From: Eledone cirrhosa
Taxonomy: Eukaryota
Reading direction: 5' to 3'
DNA length: 64,000 bases
NCBI GenBank assembly: GCA_964016885.1
Contig: OZ024740.1
Coordinates: 388,802,001-388,866,000, forward strand
This document shows positions 56,828-64,000 of this stretch, piece by piece. Position 1 is the first letter of the stretch. The number at the start of each line of letters is the position of its first letter. The notes under the pieces were generated by a model. That model was not told the DNA's origin. It saw only the letters and a program-made list of their open reading frames with translations, and made no database searches. A program made the position numbers and the translations under genes.

Positions 56828-56982
56828 TTCATTATTTCTGAAGACGGCGTATATATGTGTTAGGTATGTATATTTAATCTTGATAATTTGTATAATTTTG
56901 TATAATTTTGTACATAGATCTGTTGAATATGCATACCAATTATAACACATATATGCCCTAGAAACGATCGTTAAATAATGAA
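56828..56982 (+). ncRNA. Hammerhead ribozyme with ~115-nt stem II (right arm)
   Basis: ttcattattt CUGAAGA cggcgtatatatgtgtta...taacacatatatgcc cta GAAAC gatc GUU aaataatgaa; 10-bp stem I and palindromic loop III. Confidence 0.82.
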
Positions 56983-57115
56983 CTTTTTTTGTTTAATATA
57001 AGGAATTGTTTATTCATTATTTGTTTAATATTTTATATATATATATATATATGTCCCAAGGCTCTGAAACCATCAACACCAAAAACACAGAGCTGGCATA
57101 TCTAAGAACTGACTA

Positions 57116-57171
57116 ACTGCCTGATGAGGTCATAGCCATTCAATGGCTATCATTGAAATATATATAGCAGT
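57116..57171 (+). ncRNA. Minimal hammerhead in a ~165-bp element (57053-57220) between TA tracts
   Basis: actgc CUGAUGA ggtcatagccat tca atggctatcatt GAAA tatata ta gcagt. Confidence 0.8.
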
Positions 57172-57355
57172 AAATAAAGGATTATGAGTTCATGCAATTG
57201 ATTTATGTTTCGTCACTATACATATATATAAGTACAATGACATGAAACTCGAAAAATATGGGAATAAACTTACATGAAGATGGTACAAACTGATTCCTCT
57301 CTATATACTGCTGTTTCAGAGTTGACGGGAAGTAATGCCAATTACCATTATTAAA

Positions 57356-57467
57356 AAATCCCGCCGAGGTTAACTTTGCCTTTCATCCTTACGGGGTCGA
57401 TAAAATAAAGTACCAGTAATACACTGAAATAATTGCTGGCCTTGTGCCAAAAGTAGAAACAATTATT
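57356..57467 (+). mobile_element. SINE, main family (5'-truncated)
   Basis: Family motifs. Confidence 0.85.
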
Positions 57468-57753
57468 AAATAATAGTCACCATAAATACATCAAAACCTA
57501 TCATCAATAGGCAAATATCTTATTAATCACACATAGATGCACCAGTAACCATGCAGTCAAAATAAAGTGTAATTTCACATGTAGTTGGCGTTAAAGTAGA
57601 AAGATGTGTGCGGGTCGACAGGAATACTAAAATTGTTCCATATTATGTCCAAAAAATTAGCTTAACTACATTTCAAATATTAATTATTTTCATTAATGCA
57701 TACCGTGTCAATCGTATTGTCTGGTAAATGCATATGCCAACCTATAAATATAT

Positions 57754-58185
57754 ATAGGGTGTCCTCAGAAAATGTATATACACTTAAACAGCAAACAAAA
57801 TGCATTAAAATAAATTATTTTTATATGCATTATTTAAAATGTATTTAAAGGGGGGTGGATTGGCAGTATCGGTAGAGGGTCGGACGCCATGCTTTGCAGT
57901 ATAGAGTTACGGCCCTTTCCATTCTGAGTACAAATCCCACCGAGGTTAACTTTGCCTTTCATCCTTACGGGGTCGATAAAATAAAGTACCATTAATGTGG
58001 TGGGTAATTGCTGGGCTCGTGCCAAAATTAGAAACAATTATTTAAATTATGTAAACATTGTGGGTGTTTGTATACAATTGAATTATGTTTATAGATCATT
58101 TTATTTTTGGGAAAGGTTGTGCATTCTAATATGTATTGCCTGTACAGGTAATCAAAGTGTGTAAACATTTTGGGGGACACTTTAT
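57754..58185. mobile_element. Tc1/mariner-type MITE with a nested SINE
   Basis: Imperfect TIRs atagggtgtcctcagaaaatgtatatacact / agtgtgtaaacattttgggggacacttta, with TA flanks. Confidence 0.6.
57851..58040 (+). mobile_element. tRNA-derived SINE, main family (nested)
   Basis: Family motifs; tatttaaa on both sides. Confidence 0.9.
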
Positions 58186-58195
58186 ATATACATGT

Positions 58196-58243
<48 letters not shown>

Positions 58244-58447
58244 CTGTATGTGTGTATACATTAATGGGTTATAAATAGCTGAAGTAATAAAACACTGATT
58301 CTCCTTCTTGACGTCAACATTGGACTGTATGAGCATTCTACAGACATGTGCATTCTTAATAAAGAGCTCAGTGGTATTCAGTGGGACAAGGTGTAACAAA
58401 GGCACCTCAATATCTTTGTTCATGATATACTGATGCTTTTATATAAC

Positions 58448-58518
<71 letters not shown>

Positions 58519-58523
<5 letters not shown>

Positions 58524-59496
58524 GTTATTCAGCGCCGAAACATCGGATCGGGAAACATTTACAGCTGACGATGGAAACTCCTTTCTTCCTTTCTCCTCCT
58601 GTTCCGTCCTAACCACCATATTAAACCTTGTTTTAGTAACCACACAGCTCCTTTCGTTTCATATCATTTTATATTTACCGCTGTGACCCTACCTGCTTTG
58701 GTCGATCTGTGTTCCCTCCACACTTTCGCATCGACCCTCCCTCTCTCTTCCCTTCTCCTCCTCACTCTCGTTTTTTCTCTCTCCCTCCTTCTCTCTATCC
58801 ACCCGTTCGGTTTTGATTGTTGACATGTTTACAAGTGCCGTGGTGGCCTCTCTGTTCGCAATCTTTGCGGCACGTTTTTACCACCGTCGTAAAAAATCCT
58901 TCTCGATTATCTCCCTTTCCCTTCTTCTCCTCACTTTTTGTTGCCCGTGTCTCTCTCTCACTTTCTCCTGTCTATGTGAGAGGCAACACGATTATACCAG
59001 CTCTGAGTCGTAGCTGACCACCAGGCTAAAGACTCCTAGGTTGGCCACAACTTACTTTCCCTATTTTTCAACGGTTACTCTTTTGCATGTTTCTTTCACC
59101 TGTGTCTTCCCACGATGGGACCTGCACACTTTTTTTCTCCTATTCTTTTTTCTATTTTTCCCCCTCTTCCCTTTCCCCTTTCTTCTTCTCTCCTCATCTT
59201 TTCCCCCCTGTTCTTGCTCCTTTCCCTCTCTTTCCCTTTCCCTCTCCTTTTTTCTCCCCTTTTTTCTCACTTTCTCTCTCCTTTTCCACCTGGCCTTTTG
59301 ATTAATAAAAGGCCTCGGGAGCACCCGAACTACACCGAAGTCCTGTAATTCAGCGCCGAAACATCGGATCGGGAAACATTTACAGCTGACGATAGAAACT
59401 CCTTTCTTCCTTTCTCCTCTTGTTCCGTCCTAACCACCATCCTAAACCTTGTTTTTAGTAACCACACAGCTCCTTTCGTTTCATATAATTTTATAT
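58519..59496. mobile_element. Non-autonomous element with ~156-bp direct terminal repeats (pseudo-LTR-like) in (TA)n
   Basis: 58519-58675 is nearly identical to 59340-59496. Short inverted ataacaggac at 58443-58452 across the TA tract. Pyrimidine-rich interior. Confidence 0.72.
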
Positions 59497-59504
59497 ATAT
59501 ATAC

Positions 59505-59559
<55 letters not shown>

Positions 59560-59954
59560 GGTATGTGTGTGTATATTGCTTCCACCCCCTCACTGACCAG
59601 CAGCTGGCTATTGCTAAATCTGACCTTTATAAAATAACCCACACCCCAAATAACTTCTCATTCACTACCAGAAAGGGACACAGCAGTCAACCTGTTGTTG
59701 CTACCTAGATGAAAACTGCTATGAAATCCCACAATGAATTTTATACTTGAATTTTCAAGTCTCAAATTTTAACTCTTCGTATTATTAATTTTTCTTAATA
59801 TTAATCAACATTTGAAAAGATGGCTTTTGCAGACCCATCGAAACCGGTCATTTTTTATACCCTTTATTATTTCCTTACCTTATAAAATTATGTTTTTTCA
59901 CAAAAAAGTATTCTGTCTCTTATATATTCCATGTGCCATTACCAACCCCAATTT

Positions 59955-60074
<120 letters not shown>

Positions 60075-60157
60075 TATATATATATACAATAAAGAGAGAC
60101 ACACACAGATATAATGTGAGTTTTTAACTCAATATATACTTTTGATATATATATATA

Positions 60158-60307
60158 TAGTATTACACTTTTATTAAGTTCTAGTCCTGTAGAATCTCAT
60201 CTATATTAAAACTTTTATAAAAGTTTTAATATAGATGAGATTCTACAGGACTAGAACTGTTTCATTCTTTAGAAATCATCAGGAATCTTAATAAAAGTGT
60301 AATACTA
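60158..60307. mobile_element. 150-bp fold-back element with a hammerhead (60240-60286, minus) in (TA)n
   Basis: Outer IR tagtattacacttttattaag / cttaataaaagtgtaatacta; inner palindrome 60177-60258. Minus strand reads attc CUGAUGA tttct aa agaat GAAA cag ttctagtc ctg UA gaat. Confidence 0.8.
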
Positions 60308-61879
60308 TATATATATATAAGTGCATGTAAAAGTTCTAAGTGTTAGAGTTAATATGGCTGCTTTCCTTGTGTTCTTTTATAATATATAAACACCGTGAAT
60401 ATTTAATAGCTCAGACTGTTGTTTGTTGTTCTAATGTACATACGCAATTTCTATTTCTAACAAGGTTCTTATCTCAAACTGACTGAATACAACTATAGGG
60501 CACGGTTTAAAATCTCATTGTATTGAACCACCTTATATGTTTTCCTATTTGACTTACGATGAGGTGCGTAGTGGACGTCTTAGCTTCATTTTGTTTTTAT
60601 TTGTTTCATCTGAAGAAAGTTGCTGTAACCATAGCATTCGTGTGACGTCAGGAACCGAAAGAATCAACGCGATAATGTTTTCTTCTTGCATAAAATGTAA
60701 ATTGAGTTCATGGAAAACAGAAGGGAAGAAATTCCAGAAGTGTCAATGTCGGGATGAAGATTAAGTGGGGAGGTTTGTGTGGAGCCTGACAATTAAATTC
60801 AATGTGTGACGAGAGGAATAATGAGCAATGAATCGTCAGTGTTATAGTGCAAACGACGAAGAGCCAGCGAGCTCTACTGAGAACGGACCACTGTAGTGTC
60901 GGTAGAATGAACAAAAAAAGGAGACTTTACGTCCATAGACTCTAACTAAAATGTTTTGACGAGAGATGTCATGCCGACCAGCGAGTACTTTTTACTGTAA
61001 GTTTATAATAATCCTAATCAGTTCTCTTAGAAATATTGTTTTCTTTCATTAGCATAAGCCTTCGCTTGGTAAGTACGAGCTATAGTCCCATGAACTCATC
61101 ATATCACCTCTCTCGGAGCAATAAAAAATATATTTCTTTCTCTGACTGATTTATAAACCACCCAACAAGGAATGTTCAAAGCCGGCGCCCGACCTACTAG
61201 AATTATGAGCTATATTTTGCTCAAATCACAACTTAATGTCATAATACGATGTCCTCATTTTATACAAGTTTTATACAAGTTCTATTGATCATACATACGC
61301 ACGGTCAGAGGGGGAAATAGACAAAATTAAACACTAATTCCTCAGGCCGTTTCTGCTAAGTCGGTGCCTGGCATGCTTTCAAATATATATTCATTGTACC
61401 GTTACCCAGAAATGTTATTTTTTATCAAATCCAATTCATCTTCGAAGTTTTAATCCAATTCTAACATTGTATAGTTGATGTTAGAAGTAACGTATAAATA
61501 TTAGATTTTTATTGTGGATATATATTGAAAACGGTTATAGAAACAAAGACTTGCAAATAAAAACACATAATATGCAGCTCATTTATGGACTGAAAACAGT
61601 GAAATATTGTTTACTTATTGAAGAGTTAGCGCCCTTATTATTTATGAGTATCGCATTTAATCGTTTCAACATGCTGGTGAACAATGATTTAAATTGTGTA
61701 AGTTTTAAGATGAACCCATAATTAATTAGGTTCATTATTTTAGACGGTTAGTACTTCAGTTGACCAGTTATCATTTATACTCCTGATATATAATTTCCCA
61801 AATGGCTTACTTTTCACAACAAAAGACAAGCGTATGCAAGTATAGTCACTTCATAGCTCCAATTAATTAACGTTAAGAA

Positions 61880-62560
61880 AACTGGCTGAAGGTGTGACCG
61901 TATCTGCAGCAAGGAGCATGCTCGGGGCTCCATATGACAAGTAGGCCAGCGGGTAGGCGGTGGGGGCTCGGCTGAGGAAGGCATCGAGCAGATGGTCCCG
62001 GCGTATGAAGTTAAAGGCATTCCTCATGTCAAGCTTGGCAATGAGTGCCTGAAGTCCCTGACGCTTGGACTCCGGATCTGCGAGCCACATAAATGTCGCT
62101 GTGGATCCACCGTCGACTCTTTCGGCCTCCACACGCTTTCCTGTCACCACAGTGCCGGCCGCCTTCCACGCCATGCTGCCCTCAACGAGGTCATTAAGCA
62201 TGGCTTGAACGCACCAGGCTTCCCCTCCCAGCTCAATCCGGTGTGGCTGGACGCAGGGGATGGCAAAAGGCAGAGACGGTACGACCATCTTCCCGTTCCG
62301 CGGCGGCAAACCCCTCGTCTGCGATGCCATTTGCAGCGACACTTTCTCGAGCCGCAACCTGGTGCAGTTTACAACTAACCCAGGTATTGCTGCACGTCGG
62401 ACTGAGGAGGCCAAACTCTCCAAGTACCGGTCGCTCTCTGACAGGTTCGCGAGCTGGAATGGCTCTTCCAGGGCATCTCCCTTACCATCCTCCGGGGAAA
62501 CGCCTTTTCCATCCTGTCCGCCGGGGCTGTGGGAAGGCCAGCACGTGGGACCCCATTTGC
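61880..62560. mobile_element. CRE-clade non-LTR element: inverted RT piece (minus, ~61880-62055) joined to zinc finger + RLE (plus, ~62058-62560)
   Basis: Minus strand: KLDMRNAFNFIRRDHLL..LAYLSYG. Plus strand: LGLRICEPHKCRCG..GLHTLSC..RHAALNEVI..DGTTIFPFRGGKPLVCD..DTF..AARRTEEAKLSKY. Confidence 0.85.
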
Positions 62561-62671
62561 TCACCATACGGATTAATAATTTACAGTTAGGGAACCGATC
62601 ATTCATTGAAGCGAAGTATTTCATCTTCCATACATCAGGTATTGCAGATACTTTATTTAATTTACAGAGAT

Positions 62672-62785
62672 GTTGATAACGATGTCCATGACAACAACGA
62701 AGATGAAGGTGATTATGGCGCGGACGATAATGATGATGATGTAAGTGATGATGCTGATGATGATAAAGATGATGATGGTGATGTT
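62672..62785 (+). repeat. Degenerate (GAT)n repeat
   Basis: Direct read. Confidence 0.8.
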
Positions 62786-64000
62786 ATTAAATTGAATGTT
62801 GTACGAAAACCTACCACAATAAAGAAATGTTACAAACTTATTTGGTTATAGTACAAAAAGTACAATAAAAATCCGTTAAAAAAAGAAAACAAAAGACATG
62901 TTACTGCTGGCAATGCCAGAACACGTAATGCTTAATTTGAATAAGTATGGAAATTGTTCAAGTTAGAATTGAAACCACTACTAAATCACACGAAAAAATA
63001 CCTAATGTAGCTTGATCTTTCTTATGTATCTTAACGTTCCAGAGAGATCGAGTCAGTTTTGATTCTTGCTTGAAGCCATTTCCTTCTGTTTTCTTTACAA
63101 ATGCTAATTATCATGTCATATTCGTCCCTTTACTATCAAATGTGTGTAGATTGTTTGACTATAATCACCTCCTAAATCACTTTGTACAGTATAGCTGAAA
63201 TCTTACGCCTACTAAAATAATGTTTTTCGATTTCGGATTAGAATTTGCCTTACCTTCGAAGTAGATAAAATAAACATGTTTTAAACTCAAATCTTTATAT
63301 TATCTGTGTTCAGTTATCTAGAAACAAATAAAATACCTCAATACTGCTATATGTTGAAAACACAGTCACTGAAGTCAAAGGTGTGCCATATAAAAAGCAG
63401 AAATTGGTGGATTGTATTCCGATTCCATTGCTGGGAAATAGCCAAAAACAAATCGCAGAAGTCTCAGAAGCCCTGGGTACCCAACCATAAATAAGTTGTT
63501 TTTGTTAAGACTGATAAGATATTAGACGCTGTAGTGAAATTTTATTGCTATTTTATTGCAGGTCGAGAGAGCAGATAAAATCACATTAGTCGTAGTGATT
63601 CCAGCTTTGATTATCTTCTCCTTTTAAAGATATCTATAATTTCATTATCTAATGTGTTCTTCTTGTCATTTTGTGTATCAAGAACTTCATTGTTCAAAGC
63701 CTCCTTTCTTTGGCTGTCTCAGATTTGAAGAAACGTTGTTAAGCGACGACGAAGAACCACTTATTTTTTTTTTTTTTTTACCTTAGTAAAAAAAGGGAAA
63801 GTACTAAATCCTAAAATCCTACACCCATCCCTGAGTGGTGAGACGGATGCGGATGATGCACACCCTAAGCATCAGTAAGCAAAACGTTGAAATGGAGGGA
63901 ACCGGGCGCCTGCTCACAGCGTTTATTACAGATTCAACTTTACGAAAGGTAGACAAGATAACGTTAGTGGTTTTAAATAGGGTGGCGTATTAGGCCTAGC

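Larger units (their letters stand above)
46211..57036. mobile_element. Head-to-head pair of 5'-truncated Hydra-clade-like Penelope elements forming a ~10.7 kb palindrome (46346-57036), inserted in (TA)n
   Basis: Mirror-image ORF track; axis gtt|aac at 51689/51690 with no spacer; (TA)n directly outside both ends. Confidence 0.93.

Noticed and set aside
46346-57036. Palindrome as a pure fold-back read artefact
   Set aside because: Not favoured, because the arms carry substitutions, the ends are asymmetric, the flanks are unique and small relatives show the same architecture. It cannot be fully excluded without reads.
63540-63760. Splice-acceptor-like ttttattgcag and possible exon or hAT C-terminus
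   Set aside because: No sustained open frame or recognisable motif.

Overview
AT-rich, microsatellite-dense animal DNA with no host protein-coding exon that I can support. The SINE family and repeat content suggest a mollusc, probably a coleoid cephalopod (inference). The window is a mosaic of transposable elements: a near-full-length decayed Tx1/L1 LINE in a (TC)n tract, a 5'-inverted RTE LINE nested in an R4/Dong remnant, other RTE and CRE fragments, a Neptune-like Penelope element, a Helitron Rep remnant, MITEs and about 13 copies of one tRNA-derived SINE. Two things stand out. (1) A ~10.7 kb spacer-less palindrome (46346-57036, axis 51689/51690) built from two head-to-head, 5'-truncated copies of a Hydra-clade-like Penelope element (RT C-half + GIY-YIG), each ending in a hammerhead ribozyme with a very long stem II. 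(2) About nine apparently unrelated small hammerhead-bearing elements in or beside microsatellites, mostly (TA)n, many of them fold-back or inverted. They include a 319-bp tandem retrozyme-like unit and one other family with a U3-A8 core, and a family with a conserved non-canonical CAGAAGA core. All ribozyme calls are manual motif and pairing reads, not covariance-model hits. Boundaries are approximate.
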